DNA from: Hypanus sabinus
Lineage: Eukaryota
NCBI RefSeq assembly: GCF_030144855.1
Contig: NC_082733.1
Span: forward strand, 31,992,001 to 32,056,000
DNA: 64,000 nt
Reading direction: 5' to 3'
The notes beneath the pieces were generated by a model. It was not told the origin of the DNA and ran no database searches. It saw only the letters and a list, made by a program, of their open reading frames with translations. Below, in pieces: positions 23,521 to 35,900 of this stretch. Position 1 is the first letter of the stretch; the number at the start of each line of letters is the position of its first letter. The translations under genes were made by a program, and so were the position numbers.

Positions 23521-23959
23521 TACTCATGTCCTACTTCATGGGTTGTGGTGGAGATGATTGAATACTCCAATGTCAACTGTGGTATTATGATATGGTACCT
23601 CCTGAAAGTCTTGATTCCATTGAGAATTGATGGCATCATTTTCCTTTTGCCTACCTTTGGAGCGAAGGGGATAAATCCCCTAAAGGCCATGATGGTTTGA
23701 TCCATACACTGCCTCGATAGCAAAATAGGAACTCCTGATATCACCAGAGTCAGTGAGCTGTTGTATTTCTTGGGCCCTCTCAGTTAACTACTGCTTCTTT
23801 ATTTTATGTGACCGGCTTTCTCCACTGGCAGAAAACCTCCTGCCTGGGTCGTAGTCTGGCTTCCTTCCAGACAGAGGAACATTTGATATGATTTTTATAG
23901 CACTTCATTTGCAGGAGAAAGCCCAGGAACAAAGTGTTCCACTTTATTTGGCCTACATA

Positions 23960-25180
23960 TGTCATGGTCCAGTCCTTGAAGCCCCATTCCGGCTCACGCA
24001 ACCTGTGTCTGGGGCCTCGCCTTGCCTCTGCCTGGGGCCTTGCCCTGTTTAGAACTGTCTGTCTGTGTCCACGCCGTTGCTAGGTAGGTCCAGACATTTT
24101 GCCACTACGTAGCATTGGGAACTGTCTTGTCGTGTTCAGCGTTCTCTGTAATGAGTCCTGGCCCTATGTCCTGCATACAAGGAGGGGTCCTGGCTCAATG
24201 TTCCATGTTCCTGTCTCTCCCTCGACTCTGTGTTCTGCGATGCTGTTCTTCCTCAACCCAGGCTCTGTGTGCTGCGATCCTGTTCCCCTTTAACCCAGGC
24301 CCTGTGTTCTGCGTTGCTGTTCTTCCTCAACCCAGGCTCTGTGTTCTGCGTTCCTGTTCTCCCCCAACCCAGGCTCTGTGTTCTGCGTTCCTGTTCTCCC
24401 TCAACCAAGGCTCTGTGTTCTGCGTTCCTGTTCTCCCTCAACCAAGGTTCTGTGTTCTGCGTTCCTGTTCTCCCACAACCCAGGCTCTGTGATCTGCGTT
24501 CCTGTTCTCCCTCAACCAAGGCTCTGTGTTCTGCGTTCCTGTTCTCCCTCAACCAAGGCTCTGTGTTCTGCGTTCCTGTTCTCCCTCAACCAAGGCTCTG
24601 TGTTCTGCGTTCCTGTTCTCCCTCAACCAAGGCTCTGTGTTCTGCGTTCCTGTTCTCCCTCAACCCAGGCTCTGTGTTCTGTGTTCCTGTTCCCCTTTAA
24701 CCCAGGCTCTGTGTTCTGCGTTCCTGTTCTCCCTAGACCAGGGGTCTGTGTTCTCGTCTTGTCAAAGTGCCTTGCCCAGCCCGGTGCTGGGATTCCCTCG
24801 CCCTGTGCTGGGGTTCCCTTCTCCTGTCCAGGAGTCTAACATCCAGCCCTGTGCCTCTCCTCGTCCTGTAGCCACGTCTTGTCCTCATCTGGTTCTGGAG
24901 TCTGAGCACGAGTCAATACCCAGGTTCTGGGTCCTTGTCCAGTCTCTGGCTCGGAGTCCAAACCCAGGCTCCTAGTTCCCAATTTCATGTCTTGGTTCTG
25001 CTATCCTCGTCAAGTCCTAGCCCAGGCCCGGAATCCTCGTCTCGTCCGGGGCCTCTGTCATATCCAGTTTCCTTTCTTCCTCACTTTTCCTTGCTTCCTT
25101 CTCGCACCTAGCCCTGTTCCTGGTAGTTCAGTGTCTGTGTCTTGCATATGGGTCCATTCCCAATTTCCCCCTTTATGACA
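23960..25180. mobile_element. Solo-LTR-like element, unit 1 (1221 bp)
   Basis: TGTCAT...ATGACA termini; flanks ACATA/TCATA; cleanly interrupts the RTE frame. Confidence 0.8.
24225..24755. repeat. 37-bp minisatellite, ~14 copies
   Basis: Unit GGCTCTGTGTTCTGCGTTCCTGTTCTCCCTCAACCAA. Confidence 0.95.
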
Positions 25181-26910
25181 TCATAGACCTTATAAAAGCA
25201 TTTGGCACTGTAAATCGTCCTGCCCTTTGGCAGGTACGTTCTGTCCAAAGTCAGGTGGTCAGAGAAATACCTCAAGATCCTGCAGCTCCTACACAATGAT
25301 ATGAGTGAAAGATTCGTCAGCATCAGCAGCTCTGAAATGGCACCGTTTAAGGTTGAGACTAGGGTCAAACAGGGTCGCATCACCCCCCCCCCCCCCAACT
25401 CTGCTTGTCATTTTCATTGGAACCATTGTTCACCTCACAGGCCAAGTCCTCCCACAAGGAGTCCAGATTCTCTATAGGATGAGGGGGTTGTGCTCTTTAT
25501 CCTTAACAGGTTCGAAGCATAGAGCAAAGTGTCAACTACTTCCATCATGGAAATCCAATCTGCAGATGACAACTCCAACACTGCTCACTCTGAGGAGGAT
25601 CTGCGGTACATAATGGATGCTTTTACCAGATCATACAATCTCCTGGGACTTGAGCTAACATCAAGACAAAACACAAGTCCTGCACCAAGACCCACAAGTG
25701 ACCAGATATACCAGCATGAGAAGAATCATACTCGACTATGAGCGATCGATGATGATGTGCAGAAGAGCATCTCTGAATACATAACACATTGAACCTTGAA
25801 GTGGATGGCTACAGCAGCAGATTAGAATGAACATGCACTCAGTGGGCACTTTACTAGGTACAGGAGGTCATTAACCAACTAGCTATTAGGTGCATAAAAA
25901 CCAATTATAAGTGTATTGTACTCAAAAAACAATGCAATTATTAAAAAATCGATTAGGTGTCACACAGATAAAAGCTCCAGTCTGAACACATTTTAAGGCA
26001 TCACAGTTTGGAGTGAATACAACAACCTTTAAGGGGTGATAGGATAAAATATGAGGAGAATTTGCATTGTCTAGGCTTGTAATCAATTGAATCTTGATAT
26101 TGCAATGGAGTAGAGATACAACATTAATACAAGTGTAGTGGGGAGTTCAGGTGCACGCACTTTGCATGTCACAAACTCAGGGCATTTGGAACTCTCTCCA
26201 CAAAAGCTGCTCAGCACGTTACTTGATTGATGAGGATTGATAAAATTTTGAGCAAGTATGTAAAGGTTAATACATCCAAAACATTGATGGTACCTGAATG
26301 AAACAACAGGCTGGAGGGACTGTGTGGCTCATTCCTTGTGAATCCTAAGGATATTGCTACCCATATATGTGCAGATGATATATGTATATACATTTCTGAA
26401 AGATGAAATCTAATAATTGAGTATGTTACTCATGATTCATACAAACAGCACCAAAGATACCCTTGACATTGAAAGTTGACCTATGCTGCATCAGCAAATA
26501 TATTTTGGACCAAGCTACCACTAGAATAGAATAGAATTAATTTGCCAGACACTAAAATCAGAAACGTTTCAAAGGAATATATATTTATTTATATAGAATT
26601 CAGCTCAATTAATTATGTAGTAACTATTTTAATTTTTTTAAAGTACATTTTTGTACATAATCAGTGACATTACATGGAATATGGCAAAGGAATATTACTT
26701 TATTAACAGAACTCAAATTGTTGTAATTATTTTAAAAACAAAAGTAATGTTTGTACATCATCAGTGGCATAACATGGGTGTCACAGCAGTGTAATGGAAC
26801 CTGATGCTTAGACATTGAAGAAACATTCCAACATGAGTGATGTAAGAAGTGACTGCACATCACATGATCAACCAATCTGAGAAATGTAGCAATTCCTGCT
26901 CAGCAACACA

Positions 26911-29900
26911 ATAGACAATAGGTGCGGAAGTAGACCATTCGGCCCTTCGAGCCTGCACTGCCATTCTGAGATCATGGCTGATCATCTACTATCAATACCC
27001 GGTTCCTGCCTTGTCCCCATATCCCTTCATTCCTCTATCCATAAGATACCTATCTAGCTCCTTCTTGAAAGCATCCAGAGAATTGGCCTCCACTGCCTTT
27101 GGAGGCAGTGCATTCCAGACCCCCACAACTCTCTGTGAGAAGAAGTTTTTCCTTAACTCTGTCCTAAATGAACTACCCCTTATTCTCAAACCATGCCCTC
27201 TGGTACTGGACACTCCCAGCATCTGGAACATATTTCCTGCCTCTGTCTTGTCCAATCCCTTAATAATCTTATATGTTGCAATCAGATCCCCTCTCAATCT
27301 CCTTAATTCCAGCTTGTACAAGCCCAGTCTCACTAACCTCTCTGCGTAAGACAGTCCGGACATCGCAGTAATTAACCTTGTGAATCTACGCTGCACTTCC
27401 TCTATAGCCAGGATGTCCTTCCTTAACCCTGGAGACCAAAACTGTACAAAATACTCCAGGTGTGGTCTCACCAGGGCCCTGTACAAATGCAAAAGGATTT
27501 CCCTGCTCTTGTACTCAATTCCCTTTGTAATAAAGGCCAACATTACAAAAGCCTTCTTCACTGCCTGCTGCACTTGCTCATTCACCTTCAGTGACTGATG
27601 AACAAGGACTCCTAGATCTCTTTGTATTTCTCCCTTACCTAACTCTACACCATTCAGATAATAATCTGCCTTCCTGTTCTTACTCCCAAAGTGCATAACC
27701 TCACACTTATTCACATTAAATGTCATCTGCCATGTATCTGCCCACTCACTCAGCCTATCCAAGTCACCCTGAATTCTCCTAACATCCTCATCACATGTCA
27801 CACTGCCACCCAGCTTAGTATCATCAGCAAACTTGCTGATGTTATTCTCAATTCCTTCATTTAAATCGTTGATGTAAATGGTAAGCAGCTGTGGTCCCTA
27901 TGGCACCCCACTAGTCACCACCTGCCATTCCGAGAAACAACCATTCACCATTACGCTTTCCTTTCTATCTGCCAACCAGTTTTCTATCCGTGTCAATATC
28001 TTCCCCCCAACGCCATGAGCTCTGATTTTACCCACCAATCTCCTACGTGGGACCTTATCAAATGCCTTCTGAAAATTGAGGTACACTGGGTCTCCCTTGT
28101 CTAACTTCCTGGTTACATCCTTGAAAAACTCCAATAGATTAGTCAAGCATGATTTGCCCTTGGTAAATCCATGCTGGCTTGGCCCAATCCTATCACTGAT
28201 ATCTAGATATGCCACTATTTCATCTTTAATAATGGACTCTAGCATCTTCCCCACTACTGATGTTAGGCTGACAGGACGATAGTTCTCTGTTTTCTCCCTC
28301 CCTCCTTTCTTAAAAAGTGGGATAACATTAGCCATTCTCCAATCCTCAGGATCTGATCCTGAATCCCAATGTATCCGCAATTTCCAGAGCCACCTCCTTT
28401 AGTACCTTAGGACGCAGACCATCTGGACCTGGGGATTTGTCAGCCTTCAGTCCCATCAGTCTACTCATCACAGTTTCCTTCCTAATGTCAATCTGTTTCA
28501 TTTCCTCTGTTACCCTATGTCCTTGGCCCATCCATACATCTGTGAGATTGCTTGTGTCTTCTCTAGTGAAGACAGAGCAAAAGTACTTATTAAATTCTTC
28601 TACCATTTCTCTGTTTCCCATAACAATTTCATCCAATTCATTCTTCAAGGGCCCAACATTGTTCTTAACTATCTTTTTTCTCTTCACATACCTAAAAAAG
28701 CTTTTGCTATCCTCCTTTATATTCCTGGCTAGCTTGTGTTCGTACCACATTTTTTCTCCCCGTATTGCCTTTTTAGTTAAGTTCTGTTGTTCCTTAAAAA
28801 TTTCCCAATCGTCTGTCCTCCAACTCACCTTAGCTCTGTCATACTTCCTTTTTTTTTAATGCTATGCAATCTCTGATTTCCTTTGTCAACCACTGTGGCC
28901 CGTTTCCCCCCTTTGAATCCTTCCTTCTCTGGGGGATGAACTGATTTCGCACCTTTTGCATTATTCCCAAGAATACCTGCCATTGTTGTTCCACTGTCTT
29001 TTCTGCTAGGATATCCGTCCAGTTAATTTTGGCCAGCTCCTCCCTCATGACTCCATAGTCTCCTTTGTTCAACTGCAACACTGACACCTCTGATCTGCCC
29101 TTATCCTTCTCAAATAGCAGATAAAAACTTATCATATTATGGTCACTACCTCTTAATGGCTCCTTTACTTCAAGATCGCTTATCAAATCCTGTTCATTTC
29201 ACAACACTAAATCCAGAGTAGCCCTGTCCCTGGTCGGCTCTCGTACAAGCTGTTCCAAGAATGCATCCCGTAGGCACTCTACAAACTCCCAATCCTGTGG
29301 TCCAGCACCAACCTGATTCTCCCAGTTCACCTGCAAGTTGAATTTCCCCCATAACTACTGCGACATTACCTTTGCCACATGCCAATGTTAACTCCCTATT
29401 CAACTTGCACCCAATATCCATGCTACTGTTTGGTGGCCTGTAGACAACACCCATTAGGGTCCTTTTGCCCTTACTGTTCCTCAGTTCTGTCCACACAGAC
29501 TCCACTTCTCCTGATCTTATGTCCCCCCCACCCCCCACAAAGGACTGAATCTCATTCCTCACCAACAGGGCCACCCCACCCCCTCTGTCCACATTTTTGT
29601 CCCTACAATAGCACGTATACCCTTGTACATTCATTTCCCAGGTCTGATCTCCCTGCAGCCATGACTCCATTATCCCAACAACATCAGAGTTACCCATTCG
29701 CACCTGGGCTTCAAGCTCATCCGCCTTATTTCTGACACTTCGTGCATTCAGATATAGAATTTTTAGCCTATTTCTCCTCTCTCTGTATGAATCGCTGCCT
29801 ATTGTGCTTAACCCAGCTCCCTGAACTCCCATCGGGCTACACGCTCCTTGAATTTTGTTGTCCTTCCTAAATTTACTTATTATTTCTGCACATTTAACTC

Positions 29901-30903
29901 CAAGTTCCGTCAGACCATCCCTCTGTACATGTGTCCTCCTCATCACTTGTTCCGCCTCACCTTTCTCTACTACACACTTAATATTCCGGAACCATGTAGT
30001 CCCCACCTGTCCTTTATTCTTCATCTCGCTATCCTCTCTCGCATTCTGGATCCCTGCCCCCGCAATTCTTGTTTAAACACCCCCCCCCCAAGAAGCATCA
30101 CCAAACTTCCCTGCAAGAATGTTAGTACCGCTCAAGTTCAAGTGTAAACCGTCCAGTCGGAATAGATCCCACCTTCCCTGGAACAAAGCCCAAATATCTA
30201 AAAACCTGAAGCCCTCCCTCCTGCACCATCCTCTCAGCCACATATTAATCTGTATAATCCTTCTGTTCCTTGCCTCACTCGCACATGACACAGGTGGCAA
30301 TCCTGAGATTGTAATCCTGGAGCTCCTGCCCTTCAACTTTGCACCTAACACCCTGAACTCACTACGCCGGGCCCCCTCACTCATCCTACCCACGTCGTTG
30401 GTCCCTACATGGACCAAAACATCTGGGTTCTTGCCCTCCCTCTCGAGAATAACCTGTACCCGATCTGAGATGTCCCAGACCCCAGCACCAGGGAGGCAAC
30501 ATACAATCGGAGACTCCCGATCTTCTCCACAAAATCTCCTATCTGCCCCCCTGACTACAGAATCCCCTATCACTACCGCTCTCTTCTCTTCCTTCCTCCC
30601 CTTCCCAGTCGAGGGTCCAACCTCAGTGCCAGAGACAGGATCACTGCAACTTGTTCCTTGTAGGTCAGCCCCACCAACAGTATCCTAAACGGTATACTTA
30701 TTGTTGATGGGAACGGCCACACGGGTGCTCTGCTCTCTCTGTCTGCTTCCCCTGCCTCTCATGACTGTCACCCATTTGCCTATCTCCTGTCTTTTTGGTG
30801 TGACTACCTGCTGATAACTCTTACCTATCTCTGCCTCTGCCTCCTGAATGATCCGTAGTTCATCCAGCTCCTGCTCCAATTCCCTAACTCGGTCTGATAG
30901 GAT
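26911..30903 (-). mobile_element. CR1 LINE, ~4.0 kb, 5'-truncated in ORF1, disrupted (unit 1)
   Basis: ORF1 esterase (IGDSVVRG, VHVGTND, DGLHL), APE (YLNARS), RT (NYRPVSLTS, QHGF.KGKSCLTNL, FADD), C-terminal RKNFFSQRVV; (CTATTGT)n tail; candidate TSD AACACA (26905-26910 and 30904-30909). Confidence 0.95.
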
Positions 30904-31100
30904 AACACACATAAAATACTGGAGGAACTCAGCAGGTCAGGCAGCATCAATGGAAATGAATAAACAGTCAAAAAGGATCAACAGTGCTGATGAAGGGCCT
31001 CACCTCAAAATGGTGTAATGTTCTTTTGTTAGTATCGAGGCTGTCTGACCTGCTGAGTTCTGCCAGCATTTGTGAATATTACTCTGGAATTCCAGCTGAA
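30904..31100. repeat. Penelope-derived inverted-repeat element (copies ~44300-44495, ~57651-57845)
   Basis: ~40-bp inverted arms (30905-30948 and 31037-31074, core GAACTCAGCAGGTCAG) around a degenerate hammerhead CTGATGA..AAAA at 30987-31010. Confidence 0.6.
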
Positions 31101-31953
31101 TCTCTTGTGCTTATGAAATTGTACTCAGCTCCAACATTGTATATATCTATCTGTAATTAATACTCCTTTATCAGAGCTTCAGTCAGATACTTGCATAATA
31201 ATGCCCGGGGTCATTGACCAGAAAGTGTAGTTGGAAGATACTTCATTTAGTTATGTGATGAAGAAAACTCCATTACTCATTCATCAGCTTCAGATAGACA
31301 AACCAGTGGGGAGGAATAGGTAAAGAAGAGAGTCACAAAGAGAAAGTGTAGAGAGCGTGAGATTGGGGGGGAGGGTTGGGAAAGATGTGCCTCCTGTGTA
31401 AATGGCAAAGTTACCAAAAATGATGTGCTGAGCGGAGTGACTCCAGGTGCATATGCATTTGATGAGGAAATATTGCAAACTAGCTCAAACAACCAAAGAG
31501 GGACATTTTTGCCTGTTAAATCATGGCCTAAAACAATGGTGACGAAGACCTGGAATGGGCAGCTATGACAAATTGTAAAGGGTCAGCAATGTGACCTCTT
31601 ACCATTTGTCAATTGGTGGAGACATGACAGAATAGTTTGGAGAGTAGTCTTTCAGGCACAGAATTCCATGTTTTTTATGGTAGTATATGAATCACAAGTT
31701 AGTATATCATATTTTAAATAATCATACATAAACATAAATCCTGTTTGATTTGATTTAGGTATTTGTATTTTGTTCCTGTTCATATCTTTGTACAAAAGAT
31801 TTAAATCCACTGATATATTTCACTAATTTTTAAGAGGTTTGCTACATTTACAATATCTGAAAAGTAGGCTTCATGTATTGAAAACAAGAAAATCCTATTT
31901 CATTAAGTGGAAAAAATTTAAAACACTATCCTCCAACACAAATTAGAGAAATC

Positions 31954-33555
31954 TTACTCATTCTTTTGCTTTTTCATCCATGCAATGTGACAAAGTTTCT
32001 TCAGCGCTACAACCACCAGCACTATTGCCATGAGTAACATGCACAACAGTAAGACCATCACATCCACACAATAGTAAACATACCAGGGCAGTCGGTAGGA
32101 TTCAGAACGCAAATGGCCTGCTCCTTTGTGTCGGGCAACGTACTCAATCCAGAAAACGGCTCGCTCCATCGGCGACTGTGGTTGGTCCCGGTGGAGGGCA
32201 GAGAGTTTCTTCATGTTGTTCCGATAAAAAGTGCCATTTATCACCTCATGAATTGCCTGTAATACATTTGTGGAGTGTATGGTTGCAACATTAAGCACCT
32301 TTGCTGCACCTCGGGATTCAAGTCGAAGTAAATTGTCAAACTGGTCTAAAACTAGAGGCATGCCAATCACTGGCACCCCATGGTAGATGGCCTCGTAAAT
32401 ACCATTGGTACCACCGTGCGAAATGAAGACTCGGGTGTTGGGGTGTCCCAGAAGGTCGTTCTGAGGGATCCATTTTCTCAGTAGTGTATTATTACCTACA
32501 TTGGGAGGGATTTCTCCATCATATCTCCAAATCACCTTCTGGGGTACTTGAGCAAATGCCTCAGCTATTTCCATTGTAATCTGCTTCGGCAAGGAATGGA
32601 TAAAAGCTCCTAATGACATCACTATAAGTCCATGCTTTCCTGAGCTTTGAACAAACTCTTCAAACTCTGCCGCTAGTGGTTGGGCTGGTTTACACTGGAA
32701 GCCTCCAATGTAGACAATATTTGGCATGGTGGGTCTTGGGAATTCAAGTACAAAATCTACTCTCATCAGCCACACATCAGCCCTCAGCAGAATTGTCTTG
32801 ATATCTGTGTCTGGACCCAAATATCGATGACAGAGCTCATTGTAGTTGGGATAAATGGTAAGTTCTACATTGGATTGAAAGATTAGATGTTGGATGAAGT
32901 TTTGTGTTCTTTGAAGAAAGGACATTTTGTCTGTTAGGTTTGAGCCTAAGATTGGGACATAAGAAAGGGGGGATGGGACAAACAAGAAGTGAGCCTCACC
33001 AGATTCTAACCATCGAACATTATACACCAAAGGAAGTTTTAAATAATAAGCAAGCATTGATCCAGTAACAAAAAAAGGGTCTGAAAGCACCAGGTCAAAG
33101 TTTGCCTTTTCAAGTTGGCTTAGTAATGTTTTGTTTTGAAATATTTCACTGATAATAAAATTGAAAACATTCTGACAGTTCCGCATAAACTGTAGAACTT
33201 CAGACTGGAACTCAATATTGTCACTGAAGCTCCACCCATCCTGCCCAAGCTGCAGTGTTTTATGAAGAAATATTTCAACTATATCCTTTACTTCAATGTT
33301 TTTCATTGGAATTATGATAGATTGATATAGGTTGGGCCTTTCATTGATGTACCAACTTTTCTCAATATAAATCACCGTGAAGTTGTGTCCACGAGGTTTC
33401 AGTTCCTCCAAGAGAATTCTCATGTTGATCCAATGACTTCCATCGACAGGTACAACTAATATATTAGCTGACTGATTGATGGGACAAAGCAAACTGATGA
33501 TAATACCAAAGAGAAATGGGACAAGTGCTCGGCTTTTCCATCCAAAACCTTCCAT
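31954..33555 (-). CDS. UDP-glucuronosyltransferase, single coding exon, UGT5-like (copy C1, 533 aa)
   Basis: Intact ORF with DGSHW, UGT signature, TM helix and KKQKNE. The track start (33573) is a TTG; the ATG homologous to gene A is at 33555. Acceptor CAG|G at 33577-33578. Confidence 0.95.
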   Translation of the reverse strand: MEGFGWKSRALVPFLFGIIISLLCPINQSANILVVPVDGSHWINMRILLEELKPRGHNFTVIYIEKSWYINERPNLYQSIIIPMKNIEVKDIVEIFLHKTLQLGQDGWSFSDNIEFQSEVLQFMRNCQNVFNFIISEIFQNKTLLSQLEKANFDLVLSDPFFVTGSMLAYYLKLPLVYNVRWLESGEAHFLFVPSPLSYVPILGSNLTDKMSFLQRTQNFIQHLIFQSNVELTIYPNYNELCHRYLGPDTDIKTILLRADVWLMRVDFVLEFPRPTMPNIVYIGGFQCKPAQPLAAEFEEFVQSSGKHGLIVMSLGAFIHSLPKQITMEIAEAFAQVPQKVIWRYDGEIPPNVGNNTLLRKWIPQNDLLGHPNTRVFISHGGTNGIYEAIYHGVPVIGMPLVLDQFDNLLRLESRGAAKVLNVATIHSTNVLQAIHEVINGTFYRNNMKKLSALHRDQPQSPMERAVFWIEYVARHKGAGHLRSESYRLPWYVYYCVDVMVLLLCMLLMAIVLVVVALKKLCHIAWMKKQKNE

Positions 33556-35493
33556 ATTAAGACGAATATCCAAAACCTGCTTGAGAATGGAAAAGAAATA
33601 TTGTTAACAAAACATCAATTTGTTATTCAATTAAATGTGCTAGGATTTCTAAAATTGACTCCTTCTACCTTAGGCCACGAACTTATCAATCACACCTCGT
33701 ATGTTACATTCAACAATAGCTTATCAAATATTAGGCCAAAACTGATCAGTAAATGTTGCACTTCCATTTTGAACTTACGGTTCTTTTGGGAGCCAGCATG
33801 GATTCTATGGGCCTCTTCTGACCAATACCCCAACTTCTCTTCCCAATTCCATGGACAGAGAAGTCCTTAAGTTTCTCCCACAATCTCTTATTCCATCTAT
33901 GAAGGAGAAGCTTGCTTGGGCACATTCAGCTAGTGCTGAGGAATCTGCCTGTTGAGTCTATCCCAACATAAACCTACAATGGAAGATCAACTTTGTGCTT
34001 TACAATGGTGGAGAATGGCTCCAGAAGAAATTAGTTTACATTTCATCATACACTTAATTTCAAATGTTTAAATGTTTTACATACTTCTTCATGATTGCTT
34101 CTGTAAGGTAATCCAAAGTCTTAACACGCATGAATTTGATGTGGATAAATCTTCCTGTCTCCGAGTCTTAATTGCCTTTTACATATATTAGTGGCATTTT
34201 ACAATATGGTCAGTTTTTTTTTATTTGGGAGATACAGTTCAATATAGAATAGGTCCTGAGCAGCACCACCGACAAACTTCGATTTAAACCGAGGTTAATC
34301 ACAGGACAATTTACAATAACCAATTAATCTATTAAACAGCATGTCTTTGGAATGTAGGGGGAAACCAAAGAATATGGAGGAATCTCAATCGTTCTATGGG
34401 GGTGGGGGTGGGGGTGGTGGTTGGGTAGGTCCAAATTCCTTAGAGAGGACACTGAGATTGAACTCCTACCTCCAATGCCCTGGGCTGCAATAGTGTTGTT
34501 CTAACTGCAATGCCACTCATTATCCACCCGCACTTTGTTGGGAGGTGGGAAGCAATTGACACACCCAGAGCTCCACACTATGGTCAAAGGGGGAATGCTT
34601 ATACTACACAGAAAACATACCCTCCCCCGTTACATTTGCTGTTCCAGTTTCCTCAGAGATCTGTGGTAGTTTGTTGTCCAATGTAAATTTCCCTGGCGAT
34701 GGACAAGTGGGATGGAGGGGTTGGAAGACAAAATGTATGACAGAACATTGGGGAAATAAGAAAAGGAGAAAATGGGACCAATGTGGTTTTCTTTTGGGAG
34801 CCAGTGTGGACTCTGTGGGTCAAGCAACCTGACCAAAAGCCGACAGTAACTCAGATAACCTCACACCACAACGGTACTTAATAAAGTTGCCACTGAGAGT
34901 ATGTTTACTCTGAGATTGCAGTTAATTACACGTGATCTGGTAAACTGTACCTTTGCTGTACATTTGGAGACACTGACACTGGCCAAATCTTTTGGATTTA
35001 TGTTCATCCAAGCTTCCTGCTTTTTGTCATCTGACAGGTGCAAGAATCTGTTACTTTGTCAAATTGTAACCAGTAAAAACATCTTTACACCAGTAGGTAA
35101 TTGTGAGTTTTAATTTACTGGTGTTTCAACTCTCCCAACACTCTCTGAATCCCGGAGAAGGAAACTAAATTCTATCCGTGTCTGCATCTTTCACAACTTT
35201 GGATTCTGTAAACGGAACAGCGCCGCTCACCGGGACAATTAACATTTATCTCAAACATTATTTTCAGTTTTTAACAGCTATAAAAACTAAATCCCCACGC
35301 TATTAAGCGAAGGAGAGGATAAGAGGGAGTCGAATATTCATCGGTGAACCAGCCTTTCCCCCGATGCTGCTTCTAAGTATGTTCACTTTGCGAGAACTAG
35401 GCGCACAGCTTCAGACCAGATTATAAATTGCGTCTGTAAGATTACTTGTACTTTAAAGTTTCTGTACTTTTTGTCAATTAAATGTAACTTTTC

Positions 35494-35900
35494 ACTTACT
35501 TTTTAAGCCGATATTGAGCGTCCGAGGAAGTCTGGTCCTGGAGATAGCGATCAGGCAGGACGCAGCGAAGTTCAAGAATTTTCACACGGACCCCATTTTA
35601 CAGAATCACCAGAAACCGAGTGTAAAGATATCTAAACTGCCTCGTCGTGGTTTATATCGGTTAGGGCTACCTGAATCACAGGGCGTGTATTCGTGCCAAG
35701 TAGGCGATGCCGATCACTAATTGTTCTCGGAAAGTTGTTAGCACACACCTCCTTCAACTGCCGTAGTCCATGCCAATCATTTCAGAGGGTAAAAAGCGAT
35801 TTCCTGTGTCTTTGGAGAGGCTCATGATTCCTTCATCCAGAACCCAGAAACCAGCGGGTATCCCTCGCTCATACCCTCTTCCTTTGTGATCCGCCCCGCA
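35494..35900 (-). promoter_or_regulatory. Candidate promoter, non-coding exon 1 and splice donor of C1
   Basis: CpG-richer patch with GC box (35891-35896), CCAAT (35773-35777), TATAAA on - (35651-35656) and GTAAGT donor on - (35494-35499), in the expected order. Confidence 0.5.

Larger units (their letters stand above)
23850..25725 (+). mobile_element. RTE-clade LINE RT fragment interrupted by a solo LTR (copies ~37376-39107, ~50774-52447)
   Basis: Removing 23960-25180 rejoins SGFLPDRGTFDMIF..LQEKAQEQSVPLYLAYI|DLIKAFGTVNRPALW; then FKVETRVKQG..PTL and SADD..AHSEEDL. Confidence 0.8.

Noticed and set aside
24115-24975. Cys/Pro-rich repetitive ORFs and a CRISPR-like 37-bp periodicity
   Set aside because: The repeats are contiguous with no unique spacers and no cas genes. 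The ORFs are open only because the minisatellite lacks stop codons.
33556-33573. N-terminal extension MDIRLN in the ORF track (also C2, C3, B)
   Set aside because: It starts at TTG just after the splice acceptor; the ATG six codons later aligns with gene A's start.
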